Positions 1-11,110 of a stretch of 64,000 nucleotides of DNA are shown here, one piece after another (position 1 is the first letter of the stretch; each line of letters begins with the position of its first letter). The stretch covers positions 2,080,001 through 2,144,000 of the forward strand of contig CP067995.1 of assembly GCA_045159875.1 (NCBI GenBank), in the 5' to 3' direction. The notes under the pieces were generated by a model. It was given only the letters and a program-made list of their open reading frames with translations, was not told the DNA's origin and ran no database searches. This stretch comes from a cyanobacterium endosymbiont of Rhopalodia gibba. Lineage in GTDB: Bacteria > Cyanobacteriota > Cyanobacteriia > Cyanobacteriales > Microcystaceae. The position numbers and the translations under genes are program-made.

Positions 1-290
1 TCGCAGCTTTCCTAGTTACTGTGGCGATCATTGGTAAAGTGGTTACTGGATTTACCATTTTTGGGCAACCTCACCTCAATAAACTTGCCATTGGCGTTGG
101 CATGATTCCGCGAGGCGAGGTAGGATTAGTGTTTGCTGGAGTGGGAGCTGCCAGTGGGGCTTTAACCCAGTCTACCGAAGCAGCCATTATTATGATGGTT
201 ATTCTGACAACTTTTATTGCTCCCCCTTGGTTACGAATTGTCTTTAAAGAGCTAGTTCCTACGACCCAGGAAAAAGAACCCAGTTCTTAA
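1..290 (+). CDS. Na+/H+ antiporter (CPA2 family, NhaS3/NapA-like), 3' end only
   Basis: Translation GVGMIPRGEVGLVFAGVG...IIMMVILTTFIAPPWLR is the C-terminal motif of CPA2 antiporters; the frame runs in from the window edge. Confidence 0.85.
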   Translation, partial: AAFLVTVAIIGKVVTGFTIFGQPHLNKLAIGVGMIPRGEVGLVFAGVGAASGALTQSTEAAIIMMVILTTFIAPPWLRIVFKELVPTTQEKEPSS

Positions 291-686
291 CAAGAACTAT
301 CAAGATTTGTTGACAACAGGCTAGAGTTATCCGAAACCTGAATAAGAGGGTTTTCGTCTTTTGGTTTTAGTGGAGCAGGCCTTTATAACAATAAATAGCA
401 CTTTTGATCATTAATGGGACAGCTTAAACGGTTAACTGAAGGAAGTGGAAAAAATCTCCTTTCTTGGTTACCAAAATTTATATAGTGTGTGTCGTCGGTA
501 TTAACAAATTAAGTAAGGTAAGGTTAAACAGCTAAAACTTTTACTTAATGAGTTGTTCAATAGTTATTCAATTTTATCAAATACCTTTTGCCGACGTGCA
601 GTACCAACCCCCAAACTCAACGAGAGAATCGCTATAATCTCTTAAACCTGTCCAACAGCCACCTTTGTGTCACAGGAGCAATCATT

Positions 687-2522
687 GTGAGATTTCACTG
701 GCTATTACTGAGTATCAGTATCTTAAGTCCATTACTGTTCACCCTCCCAGCACAAGCAGGAAGGCTTTTATATTGGCGTTTTGAGTCAAACGATAATCGC
801 TTAGTTTTTACCACTGACTCTCAAGTTCAACCTAGAGCCCAATTGATTCCTAATCCAACCCGTGTTGTCCTTGACTTACCTGGAATTATTTTGGAGCGTC
901 CTAGTGTTAATCAAGCAATTGGAGGAACGATTAAAAGTGTTCGAATAGGACAGTTCAATGCTCAAACCACCCGATTGGTGATCGAACTAGCCCCAGGATA
1001 TACTCTCGATCCTCAGAAAGTTACAGTTAAAGGGATTTCTCCTACTCAATGGACTGTAGACCTTCCCACTCCCCAACGAATTGCTCGTCCATCAACCTCT
1101 CCTTCTTTACCTCCGCGCTCTACCCCTGCGCCTCTTCGTCCCCTCTCTAGACCCCCGGTTCGAACTTCTAATGACTTTCAAGTGACCCGTAGTGGTCTTT
1201 TTATTAAATTAGAACGCAACGGAAGTAACAGTCAAATTCAGGTAAACCGTAGTGACGACGAAAAAACTATTGAGTTTATTTTGCCAGAGGCATCCCTTCC
1301 CCAGTCACTGCTTAACCAAACCCAATCAGTAAATAAGTATGGGGTCAGTGAGATTCGATTTGAGCAAACCCGAATTTCACCACCAGAAGCTCGCATTACG
1401 ATGCAGGTAGCTAAAGATAGCCCTAACTGGCAAGGCTATTATTCCAGGTTAGGAGGAGTAGTTCTCCTGCCAAAAGGAGGTATTTCTCAAGTTAGAGATT
1501 TAACTTTCCCTGAGCTATCGGCTAACAATAATTCTAGTAATTCGGTTTCCCAAAACCAACTACCGACCATTTCTGCCATTCAACTAAGTAACAATAATAC
1601 TCAACTGTTAATTCAGTCTAATCAACCTATTAGAGGGCGTGGCAATTTTGACCGACGGACAGGAGTGTACACCATTAACATTCCCAATACTCAACTAGCT
1701 GAACCGGTAGTAGGCCCGCAATTAGGGAAAAATAGTCCTATTTACGAGTTGAAAGTTCGTCAACTCAAACCTGAATCGGTAGAAATTTTAGTAAAACCGT
1801 CTTTAGGGATTCGCTTTGGTCGGCTTACTCAGCCCAATCAACAGGTCTTAGCTTTAGATGTTCATTCTGTACGAAATTTGACTATTAGTCCTGATCCTAA
1901 GCCGATTGACATTCTCCCTCCGGTAAATGCCTCTCCAATTCCTTCTGAGCCTCCTAACTCCTCTTCTAGAGCTCCTAAGGGACGGGTACTTGTCATTATT
2001 GATCCCGGACATGGTGGTAAAGATCCAGGAGCAGTAGGACTCAGAGGATTACAGGAAAAAAATGTTATTCTTCCTATTTCTTTAGATGTTTCTCGCTTAT
2101 TACAAGAACAGGGAGTTCAAGTTGAGTTGACACGCAGCGCAGATTATTTTGTCAGTTTACGAGGACGGGCTGATTTGGCTAATAGAGTGGGAGCCGATAT
2201 TTTTGTGAGTATCCATGCCAATGCGGTTGGGGGGAGTCGTTCTCACATCAATGGGATGGAAGTTTTTTATTATGGACATCCAGATTTATCAGAAGCTATC
2301 CACCGCAGTATTGTCCGTAGCATTGATGTAGATGATCGTGGGGTGAAAAAAGGACGGTTCTATGTCCTGAGAAAGTCAGGGATGCCGGCTTCTTTGGTGG
2401 AAGTTGGCTTTGTCACGGGGACTGAAGACAATCGTAAATTGAGTGATCCGGCTTATCGTCTTAAAATGGCTCAGGCGATCGCCAAAGGAATTTTGGATTA
2501 TATTCAACAAAAAAAACTTTAA
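687..2522 (+). CDS. amiC: N-acetylmuramoyl-L-alanine amidase with AMIN domains
   Basis: Signal peptide, AMIN motifs (PTRVVLDLPG, SVRIGQFN), Amidase_3 motifs IIDPGHGGKDPGA, FVSIHAN, LVEVGF; GTG start at 687 after AGGAG. Confidence 0.92.
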   Translation: MRFHWLLLSISILSPLLFTLPAQAGRLLYWRFESNDNRLVFTTDSQVQPRAQLIPNPTRVVLDLPGIILERPSVNQAIGGTIKSVRIGQFNAQTTRLVIELAPGYTLDPQKVTVKGISPTQWTVDLPTPQRIARPSTSPSLPPRSTPAPLRPLSRPPVRTSNDFQVTRSGLFIKLERNGSNSQIQVNRSDDEKTIEFILPEASLPQSLLNQTQSVNKYGVSEIRFEQTRISPPEARITMQVAKDSPNWQGYYSRLGGVVLLPKGGISQVRDLTFPELSANNNSSNSVSQNQLPTISAIQLSNNNTQLLIQSNQPIRGRGNFDRRTGVYTINIPNTQLAEPVVGPQLGKNSPIYELKVRQLKPESVEILVKPSLGIRFGRLTQPNQQVLALDVHSVRNLTISPDPKPIDILPPVNASPIPSEPPNSSSRAPKGRVLVIIDPGHGGKDPGAVGLRGLQEKNVILPISLDVSRLLQEQGVQVELTRSADYFVSLRGRADLANRVGADIFVSIHANAVGGSRSHINGMEVFYYGHPDLSEAIHRSIVRSIDVDDRGVKKGRFYVLRKSGMPASLVEVGFVTGTEDNRKLSDPAYRLKMAQAIAKGILDYIQQKKL

Positions 2523-2613
2523 AATATATTTATCTTCCCAAGATATATTTACTTCTCTGAAGATTCTGTGTTTCAATTATGAACAACTTAAAGTGTGGTG
2601 TGTTAAATTGTTT

Positions 2614-3459
2614 ATGAACAACGTTCAAAACAGTCCCATTGGTGTCTTCGATAGTGGCGTGGGGGGACTGACCGTTTTGCGGGAACTTTACCAACAGTTG
2701 CCCCAAGAGTCGATTATTTATTTTGCAGACACGGCTCGTCTACCTTATGGAAATCGTTGTGAGGCGGAGATTTTACGGTTTGTTCGAGAAATTCTTGTCT
2801 GGATGAACCAACAGAAGGTCAAGATGGTAATTATGGCTTGTAATACCAGTTCAGCTTTAGCCTTAGAGACAGTTCGCAGCGAGTTCAATTTTCCCATTTT
2901 AGGGGTTATTTTGCCAGGAGCAAGAGCAGCAGTTAAACAAGGTCAACGCATTGGGGTTATTTCCACCCCAGCAACGGCAGAAAGTGGTGCTTATCGCCAA
3001 GCAATTCAAGAAATTAACCCTGATGCTCAAGTCTGGCAAGTAGGATGTCCTGAATTTGTCCCTCTAATTGAACAAAATCGAATTTATGACCCTTACACAA
3101 AACAAGTCGCCCTACGGTATGTGAGTCCGTTACTAGCCCGTAACATTGATACTCTAATCTACGGGTGTACCCATTATCGTCATCTTGCTCCCATCTTTCA
3201 TGAGATTATCCCCTCAACTGTCAACCTCATTGATCCTGCAAGTTTTGTGGTGCAAGCCGCTGAAAAAGAGTTGAAATTAATGGGATTATACCGAAATTAC
3301 ACTGCTCAACCTACTCGTTTTTATGTCAGTGGTTGTCCTAAAACTTTTTCGAAGGTTTCTCAACAATGGTTAGGCTATTGCCCAGTCGTTGAGTCAGTTT
3401 CTCTTCCAAAGATAGTAAGATCTTCCTGGGCTAGGGAAGAAACTGAAATTCTTGAATAG
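2614..3459 (+). CDS. murI: glutamate racemase
   Basis: PIGVFDSGVGGLTV, MACNTSS, GCTHY motifs; ATG at 2614 preferred over the ORF-track start. Confidence 0.95.
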   Translation: MNNVQNSPIGVFDSGVGGLTVLRELYQQLPQESIIYFADTARLPYGNRCEAEILRFVREILVWMNQQKVKMVIMACNTSSALALETVRSEFNFPILGVILPGARAAVKQGQRIGVISTPATAESGAYRQAIQEINPDAQVWQVGCPEFVPLIEQNRIYDPYTKQVALRYVSPLLARNIDTLIYGCTHYRHLAPIFHEIIPSTVNLIDPASFVVQAAEKELKLMGLYRNYTAQPTRFYVSGCPKTFSKVSQQWLGYCPVVESVSLPKIVRSSWAREETEILE

Positions 3460-3582
3460 AAAAGGATTGGTTTGTAAGAGTACCCTTGATACAGTTACCA
3501 ATCCCGAAAGGATTAATCAATTCTTTTTGACTTGACATTTATCATATGATTGATTAATCATCGTTGATGATTATGGATTTGT

Positions 3583-3699
3583 TTATCCTAAATCACGGCG
3601 AGGGGGAAACATCGACTTTCCCGTCCACTTAGCAAGGATGAGTAATCCGTAAATCATTAATAAATAGAGGGCAGCGAGAAGCACAGTGATCACAGGCAT
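3583..3699 (-). CDS. putative 38-aa single-pass membrane peptide
   Basis: Read by hand: MPVITVLLAALYLLMIYGLLILAKWTGKSMFPPRRDLG*; hydrophobic 23-aa N-terminus with basic tail; GC higher than eroded spacers. Confidence 0.55.
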   Translation of the reverse strand: MPVITVLLAALYLLMIYGLLILAKWTGKSMFPPRRDLG

Positions 3700-3804
3700 T
3701 TTTCGTTATTAGTCTTTCATTGCTAAGGTGTACATAGAAGTAAAGTTAATGACATAAATAGTCATGCCAAACTGCCTGAACATTCAGCGCCTTAAGGGTA
3801 CTAC

Positions 3805-4130
3805 TGTTAAGCGATGGCAGGATAAAAACAAGTACTCTTCCTCAAAGCGGAGAGGACACTCGCTTTCAAGAATGAACAAGATTGAAGATCAGTTTAAGGC
3901 TAACCCCCCGATTGCTTAACAATCTTAAACCGAGCAATTCTGAGTCGACACGCCTGAGTAACTAGTTAGACAAGGAATCTAGCTAGCTCATATTGACCTG
4001 AACTTCCTCAGTTAAGGAGATACCTCTGAGGAGCTTGATAATTGAGAAGACGGAAAATCCTTAAAAACTCCTATTGTTAGGTTAACATAAGAAATTAAGT
4101 TAGGTCAGTTTTTTTAAGGGATTTTACCGA
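3805..4130 (+). ncRNA. candidate structured RNA or long leader upstream of sds
   Basis: Several helices, e.g. TGTTAAGCGAT 3805-3815 with ATTGCTTAACA 3911-3921, plus 3955-3990, 4004-4033 and 4054-4125; mismatches read as G-U on the + strand. Confidence 0.35.
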
Positions 4131-4252
4131 ATTAGTTGAGGTATTTAGTCAAAAAAGTAGACAATTTCGTTTCCTTGTCTGGAAAGGTTAGCTTATTATG
4201 AATATAAGAATATGTAAATTTTCGTAACTGATGCACCAGGTTTGGCTAACCA

Positions 4253-5224
4253 ATGATAACAAGCACCTCTCTCTTTGCTACTGTTGACGACGATCTACGC
4301 CTCTTGACTGATAATCTCAAACGGTTGGTCGGAGCCAGCCATCCAATCTTAGGGGCAGCGGCTGAACATTTGTTTGATGCTGGGGGAAAACGCATTCGTC
4401 CGGCCATTGTTCTCTTAGTTTCACGGGCGACCCTGTTAGATAGAGATCTAACCCCCCGTCATCGTCGGCTGGCAGAAATTACTGAGATGATTCATACTGC
4501 AAGTCTAGTACACGACGATGTGATTGACGAAGCAGAGTTACGTCGTAATGTCCCCACCGTTAACAACTTATTTGATAATCGTATTGCTGTCTTAGCTGGG
4601 GATTTTTTGTTTGCTCAGTCTTCTTGGTATTTGGCTAATTTAAATAACTTAGATGTGGTTAAACTTTTATCTAAAGTTATTCGTGATTTTGCTGAAGGGG
4701 AAATTCTTCAGGGGATTAATCGTTTTGACACAAGTCTGACTCTAGAAGCTTATTTAGAAAAAAGTTACTATAAAACAGCTTCATTAATAGCCAATAGTGC
4801 CAAAGCAGCCGCGGTGTTAAGCGAGACTTCACTTGAAGTTAGGGAACATCTTTATGCTTACGGACGAGAGTTAGGATTAGCTTTTCAAATTGTCGATGAT
4901 ATCTTAGATTTTACAACCCCAACAGAGGTTTTAGGAAAACCTGCTGGTTCTGATTTAATTAGTGGACATCTTACTGCTCCTGCTTTATTTGCTATGGAGG
5001 AAAACCCATATTTAGAAACTTTAATTGAACGAGAATTCAATAAAGCAGGAGATATCGAAAAAGCCTTGTCCATTGTTAATCAAAGTCAAGGAGTTGAACG
5101 GTCACGGGAGTTAGCCTCCCATCATGGAAACCTAGCCCTCCAGCATCTTAAATGTCTCAAACCTTCTCCCTCTTCCAAAATTTTAAAAGACTTGGTAGAT
5201 TATGTCTTAAGTAGACTTTACTGA
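4253..5224 (+). CDS. sds: solanesyl diphosphate synthase
   Basis: GGKRIRP, HTASLVHDDVID and FQIVDDILD trans-prenyltransferase motifs. Confidence 0.93.
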   Translation: MITSTSLFATVDDDLRLLTDNLKRLVGASHPILGAAAEHLFDAGGKRIRPAIVLLVSRATLLDRDLTPRHRRLAEITEMIHTASLVHDDVIDEAELRRNVPTVNNLFDNRIAVLAGDFLFAQSSWYLANLNNLDVVKLLSKVIRDFAEGEILQGINRFDTSLTLEAYLEKSYYKTASLIANSAKAAAVLSETSLEVREHLYAYGRELGLAFQIVDDILDFTTPTEVLGKPAGSDLISGHLTAPALFAMEENPYLETLIEREFNKAGDIEKALSIVNQSQGVERSRELASHHGNLALQHLKCLKPSPSSKILKDLVDYVLSRLY

Positions 5225-5725
5225 GCACTTTTATCGCTTAAAAGTAGGAATTTTTCCTTCATTTTTTAATCCTTCTCTAGGTTAGATATCTTCCAAGCTC
5301 AGACCAACAAAATATTATTAAAAATAATGATAACTTAAATAAAATTAAGAAACAGGTTCATAGTCATTCTTTACTATTACTCAGGCATCACCTTTGTGCC
5401 TTGAGCGTTTTGTGTTACGTTTAAACCCTGAGTATGCAAAAATTGAGTTTCAGTAGATTCGACAGTTAAGTGATAATAAACTTATCAGTTAAGGGTTTAA
5501 GACTTGAATCAAAGTCTGTGACAATATATTCTGCTGTCACGCTAAAGACATAAGCTTAGTTAGATAGTCCCCTTGTTCTTTTAACATTTATTTAGCACTA
5601 TCTACTTAGTTCTATTAATTTATAAAGGAAGTGATTTAGGGATCAGCTAGAAACCTAAACATTACTGGCATAACCTGTTCCCAATGTTGACCACTCCCCT
5701 TCGGATTTCTTCTAAGAAAGACTAG

Positions 5726-6493
5726 TTAACTAGTTGGAGAACCGTCGCCATCTGTTGAAGTAGACTCTTCGGGAGTCAGGGAGGATTCTTCTGTCGAGGC
5801 TGCCACTTTGACCATAGCATGGCGTAATACTTGTTCTCCTAGAAGATATCCTCTCACTAACTGTTCGATTACTGTTCCTTCAGGATAGTCGTTAGTACAT
5901 TCTCTTAACATAGCTTCATGGTATAGGGGATTAAAGGGTTCTCCTTCAGGACGCATGGAGGCTACTCCTAAGCGTTTAAGACTCTCGACAAGATTTTTAT
6001 AAACTCCTTGATAGCTTTTATGAATTCCTAGCTCTCCATCGTTAGTAGGTTGAATTTGGCTTCTTGCCCGTTCGAAGTTATCGACCACTGACAGTAATTC
6101 ACTAATTGTTCGACATTTAACTTGAATTTCCAGTTCTTTTTTCTCTTTTTCAGTTCGTTTACGGAAATTATCAAATTCTGCTGCTAAAGTGATGTAACGT
6201 TTCTTCAAAATCTCGGACTGCTGATCTTCTTTGGTTAGTTTTCCTTGTAAGACTTCTACTTCTTCGGTTAGAGTAGCTATAACCTGTTCAGGGGTGGTTT
6301 TCTCTTCGTCCAATTTAGGTTCAGATGCTATCGGCTCTGCTACAACTGATTCTAAATCGGGAGTCTCAGACGTTATTGTTGATTCTAGCTGGTCAGTTAC
6401 TTTGGTTTTGGGCTCTACAGAAGAATCATCAACATTTTTTGATACTTCGGAGGTTTTTAAGGTCTTTTCTAGCTGCTGTTGCTCGTTGTTCAT
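5726..6493 (-). CDS. grpE: nucleotide exchange factor GrpE
   Basis: [36 protein letters not shown]. Confidence 0.95.
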   Translation of the reverse strand: MNNEQQQLEKTLKTSEVSKNVDDSSVEPKTKVTDQLESTITSETPDLESVVAEPIASEPKLDEEKTTPEQVIATLTEEVEVLQGKLTKEDQQSEILKKRYITLAAEFDNFRKRTEKEKKELEIQVKCRTISELLSVVDNFERARSQIQPTNDGELGIHKSYQGVYKNLVESLKRLGVASMRPEGEPFNPLYHEAMLRECTNDYPEGTVIEQLVRGYLLGEQVLRHAMVKVAASTEESSLTPEESTSTDGDGSPTS

Positions 6494-6683
6494 AGTAGGT
6501 TTTTTAAACTCCTATAGAGAAGATTGGACTTAATGGTCTCTTGTCTTGACTTTAGAGATTATGTTTTTTTGAGATGTATCCTTACCAGTATAAAGGACTC
6601 ATCATGACATTTTAAGGAGAAACATATTCAAGTATAAACTCAAAATAGAAACTGTTTTGCGCCCATAAGTGTTTATCAATAAA

Positions 6684-7079
6684 ATGACTCATTATCAAGT
6701 AATTAAGACAACGAAAGCTCCTACTCCTGTTGGACCTTATAATCAAGCGATCGCTGCTAGGGGTAAATTTTTGTTTGTGTCAGGACAAATTCCCCTGAGT
6801 CCTGACACAGGAGACATTATAGGAAGGGGAGATATTGTTCAACAGACTCAACAAGTAATGGCTAATATTGAGGCAATTTTAACTTCAGCTCAAATGAATT
6901 GGAATAATGTAGTTAAAACAACAGTTTTTATGAGTGATTTAACGAATTTTTATTCTATGAATCAAGTCTATGCACAATATTTTGATGAGTCCACGGCTCC
7001 AGCTCGTGTTTGTGTAGAAGTTTCTCGCTTACCAAAAGATGTGTTGATAGAAATTGAATGTATTGCGGTTATTGACTAA
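6684..7079 (+). CDS. ridA: RidA/YjgF enamine-imine deaminase
   Basis: [42 protein letters not shown]. Confidence 0.9.
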   Translation: MTHYQVIKTTKAPTPVGPYNQAIAARGKFLFVSGQIPLSPDTGDIIGRGDIVQQTQQVMANIEAILTSAQMNWNNVVKTTVFMSDLTNFYSMNQVYAQYFDESTAPARVCVEVSRLPKDVLIEIECIAVID

Positions 7080-7112
7080 AATTACTTAAAATCAATTATT
7101 GTGTAGAAACTT

Positions 7113-7162
7113 TAACTGTAACAAAGTTGTAACTTCTTTCTTTTACAACTTTGTTACAGTTA
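7113..7162. repeat. perfect inverted repeat, 20-bp arms, 10-nt spacer (possible ridA terminator)
   Basis: TAACTGTAACAAAGTTGTAA 7113-7132 / TTACAACTTTGTTACAGTTA 7143-7162. Confidence 0.9.
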
Positions 7163-7325
7163 GTCTACAATAACTATTTTTAATTTCCAATCAATCAAAT
7201 TGTCCAAATAAAGTTTTTAGATAAACATGAGTACAAGTGCGATAATTTATAATTAATTGAGAGATATCATCATTTTAATTTTGTAAAAAAAACAAGGATA
7301 AAGCGGAAGTAAAAACTAAATCAAG

Positions 7326-7381
7326 ATCCCAGTTAGGATGAGTCTCTAAATAATTATTTAGAGACTCATCCTAACTGGGAT
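7326..7381. repeat. perfect 56-bp palindrome with no spacer
   Basis: ATCCCAGTTAGGATGAGTCTCTAAATAA | TTATTTAGAGACTCATCCTAACTGGGAT. Confidence 0.95.
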
Positions 7382-7803
7382 TATTTTCAGAACTCAGTTA
7401 CTTGTAGGATGAGAGATTTGTGTGAGTACCATTCTGATCAAGAAAAGTATGGCTTGTTAATGCTAAAAAATTTTACAAAAATAGTTAATATTAATCTATT
7501 TATATGCATTAATCGACTTTAAAGCTTTTTTTCTTACAATAATTAAATCTAAGTATCTCGAGCTTAGTTAACAAACTGACCAACAATATGTTTAAGGATT
7601 GATGTTCTCGTAATAAGTTGTAGAAAACCCTGGTTAAATTGTAGAAAACTTCAAAAACTCCTATGGAAAGTCTAGGAAATGGTTGAGGGAAAATTGACTC
7701 ATAAAAATGCAAATTACAGATTTTTTAAGGAGTCTAGAGAGTCGTTCTGTGTCAGTTGCGTGTAAGATAATACTTTGAAATAAAACTTCTATCAGCAATA
7801 ATT

Positions 7804-8025
7804 ATGCCAACTCAAATCAAGAAAGGCTCACTTGTTCGTACTGTACGTGAAAAGCTTGAAAATAGTTTGGAAGCTCAGTCCAGCGATTCACAGCACTTTC
7901 CTTCCTATATTTTTGAAAGTAAGGGTGAAATTCTTGAATTAAATGATGAATATGCCCTTGTTAAATTTCATATTCCGACTCCGAATGTTTGGTTGCGCCT
8001 CGATCAGCTAGAAATAGTCGATTAA
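7804..8025 (+). CDS. ndhO: NAD(P)H-quinone oxidoreductase subunit O (NDH-1)
   Basis: KKGSLVR...LENSLEAQSSD...FPSYIFESKGEIL...PTPNVWLRLDQL matches cyanobacterial NdhO. Confidence 0.92.
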   Translation: MPTQIKKGSLVRTVREKLENSLEAQSSDSQHFPSYIFESKGEILELNDEYALVKFHIPTPNVWLRLDQLEIVD

Positions 8026-8040
8026 GTCCCATTTTGCAAA

Positions 8041-8078
8041 ATATGAGAGGGATTTTTCCTCGGTAAATCCTCTCGTAT
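8041..8078 (+). terminator. probable intrinsic terminator of ndhO
   Basis: ATATGAGAGG...CCTCTCGTAT stem starting 16 nt after the stop. Confidence 0.5.
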
Positions 8079-9737
8079 TTCCGTTGTTAGTCTAAGAAAT
8101 TTCGGTAAGATTTTAGCCTCACCTATTGTCAAAAAAATCTCTTCAAGGTTATCTCAATTGATAGTGTTGAAGATTAACCCCAACAAATTATCCTTGATTT
8201 AGCGGCTATTTAAAGTCTTAAGCAATATAATAGTCGAGTTGGAGAGTTCAATAACTGTAAAATTGTAGTTATCATGGGAAGCTGTGTTTGTTTTACAGGA
8301 TCGAGCAAAGGACGTTTAGAACAAATTAAGATTAAAACTGTTACTTTAGATGTGATGATCTATTTTTTCCAGAAAGTAATGGGATCTTTTTCTTATCAAA
8401 TAATTAATATAGCTGAATGCTAGATTTCTTAGAACTATGGATTGTTGTTGCAATGAAATTAGATATCTGTGACGTCCATAGTATGGATTTGTTGTTAAGA
8501 GAAAAAATGAAGATTTAATGTTGCCTCTATTGCGCTACTATAGTACTAATATAAATTAATTAAACATACCTTATTATCTTCGTACTTTCTCTTTCTATTT
8601 AATCATTGTAAAAAATCCTAAAATATCAATCAAGACCACTTTTAGCTACTGCTTATTTATTAAGGAAATATTACTGAAGAGAGTTCTATTTTAGGATCTC
8701 CTGTTCATTAGAATTTCGTAGAGATTAATAAGTTTTAGAAGTAACTTTGACGGATCAAAAAAAAGAAATTCTGCATGTTTTAGCTAATTCTGTCCATAAA
8801 AATATTAAGTTAGCTTTAGAATCTTTGGGGATAGTATAAATCAGGAAATAAGTAATATATGAAAAGAGACTACATATCTTGAAATTAAAATTTGATAAAC
8901 TATGGTAATGTCGAAATAGCCATCGTATCGAAAATGATGTATAAATATAATTATGTATTTCGATATAACGAATGAGTTCTGGTAGTTTTTTTTCCTTTTA
9001 CTGAGATAACTTGATTAAGAAGTTAAAAAGAATAAATAACAAAAAGAAACGAATAACTATTAAAAAATAATTAGACAACTGACTATCTTGATCGCTTCAA
9101 GAAAAAAATGATTAAAAGAGACTTGAGCAGTAATAAACAAGGAATACACTGATAGATTATCCTATTGAACTACACGATAGATATCTAGTTATTAAGGTTT
9201 ATTTTAATTTAATGATTTATGTTAAATTTTAACTTAATTAAAATAACTATCATCACTCCGATAATATATATATGTATTTATTTTATAGATATAAACAATA
9301 AAGATTTTTTCTTTTAGAAAAATCAGTAATCGCAAATAAATTTTGCCATATTCTAGGCTCTTTTTCAATTTAACACTGACGGAAAAGGCTATTATAAGAA
9401 GTCCTAAAGTATCTAGGATAATGTTCAGAATTTAAGTTTATTTATCTCATTGTGTTTATTGAACTGTTAACAGTTTTTCTTCCCTGGTGAGATGTTTTTC
9501 TAAAAGAAATGATTTTATGTAGGTAATATTGAATCTCTTTGCATCTTTAGTTGTCTTTAAATAGTGATAAATTGTAAGGATTTGTAACCTTGTTCGGATA
9601 ACTCAATCCTTGATTCTATACTAGTAGATGACTCTTGGGATATGAGTCTCATTCAGGATGATCGTTATTTTTGTATAAAAAAATTAAAAAAGTCTGTATA
9701 TTAACTGCTTAGAACCTAACGACAGGTCATTAGTTAT

Positions 9738-9761
9738 AATCAATCAATCAATCAATCAATC
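9738..9761. repeat. (AATC)6 microsatellite
   Basis: Six exact AATC units. Confidence 0.9.
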
Positions 9762-9874
9762 TGATAAACTAATTACAGTTTCTAGAATTAACTAATGTGC
9801 AATAAATATTTATAAACCAATTTAAGTTAAAGATAGCTAATGAGAGATATCATTTTATATTACCTCTTATTTTT

Positions 9875-10249
9875 TCAGAAAGATAAACAACTTTTATCTT
9901 CTCTATGAGAAGTAGGAGGAAATCTTGTAATGGTTCCATCAACTAACTTTTTGATAGCTGTCTTAGGATCAGTTTCGCTAGTAATATAAACGGTAATTCC
10001 TCGACGACTTAAACGTTCCGTTAACCCTTCTCCTGCTTCTCTGGTAATTAGCACCATTTCATCAATTCGATGGGGAGTAATATCATCGCTATGAAGATCA
10101 TGAAAAGTTGGTTCCGTGTCAGGAACTTCTAACTTTTCCAGTAAAGTTATTTTACCTTCTGTATTGGTTTCATACACTAAAAATCTACGAGCACGTCCAG
10201 TTTTGCCTGTAATAGTTTGAAAATTTTGACTAACAACAGCAACTTTCAT
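9875..10249 (-). CDS. NifB/NifX-family Mo-Fe cofactor-binding protein
   Basis: MKVAVVSQNFQTITGKTGRARRFLVYE...GEGLTERLSRRGI resembles the NifX/NafY/NifB C-terminal domain family. Confidence 0.7.
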   Translation of the reverse strand: MKVAVVSQNFQTITGKTGRARRFLVYETNTEGKITLLEKLEVPDTEPTFHDLHSDDITPHRIDEMVLITREAGEGLTERLSRRGITVYITSETDPKTAIKKLVDGTITRFPPTSHREDKSCLSF

Positions 10250-10410
10250 TAGGCTTTTTTTCTCCAGAGTCTATAGTGTTCGAATTCTAACACAAACTTA
10301 TGCTTGAGATTCAATAAAAAGGGTAGAATGTCTAGGAGTTTATCACAAAATTTATCCGTAAAATCAGTTCTATGAAGATAGACAATAAGAATCAATCTAC
10401 CTCATTTATT

Positions 10411-11110
10411 GTGCCAATCTAACATTCAGTTGAGAAACTAAGGTCTTATTCTTAAACTGTAAAGTCTGTCTTGCCGGACTAAATTAATGAGTTACATATA
10501 GAAATTTTGTTTGCATAGCTTAAATATTTAAAATAGTAAGTCAATTATCCATCCTACTATGATTAGTATCACTTGTATTAAGTGGTTTGTCTATAGGTAT
10601 ACTCGTTGCGATAAATCAAGTATTCTACTATGTAGAGTAGGTTAGATCCTTTTTTAAAATGATTGAATTATGTTTAAAATTTCTGATTAGGAGACTTGAT
10701 TTGTAAAAAATTATTGTCATATGCCGACAGACACTAAAAATTTTCAGACTGAACCTCCTAATTAGTTACAAAAGTATAATTATACTATTTTATAAGTTGC
10801 TGCATTATTATTAGTAAATGCTTTATTGACTATTGCTCTTTATGAGTCTTCGACTACTGAGATTAGCTTAGCAACTCAGCTGAGTTCGCGGTCATAAGTA
10901 TATTATTCAGATATTGTTATTAATTATTAAATTTTTATTTAGTCGTGATATTTGTTACTGCTTCAGCTGTAAAAGTTGACTTAAATCTATACTAAATATT
11001 GAGTATTTTAATACTATTTTTTTGTGTATTATCTTTGTTGATGACAGCAAGAGCTAACAACTTTTATCTAAAAAAGAAGCTAATATCAAAGAGTTTGAGT
11101 TGGGCTGAAT
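10411..11110 (+). pseudogene. decayed membrane-protein gene(s), possibly YihY/BrkB-like
   Basis: Hydrophobic fragments broken by stops (LVSLVLSGLSIGILVAINQVFYYVE*VRSFFK; VAALLLVNALLTIALYESSTTEISLATQLS); family call is weak. Confidence 0.3.

Noticed and set aside
2443..2613. N-terminal extension of MurI overlapping amiC
   Set aside because: Longest-ORF artefact; homology begins after the ATG at 2614
5300..5725. dnaK remnant downstream of grpE
   Set aside because: No GIDLGTT-like or other DnaK sequence found
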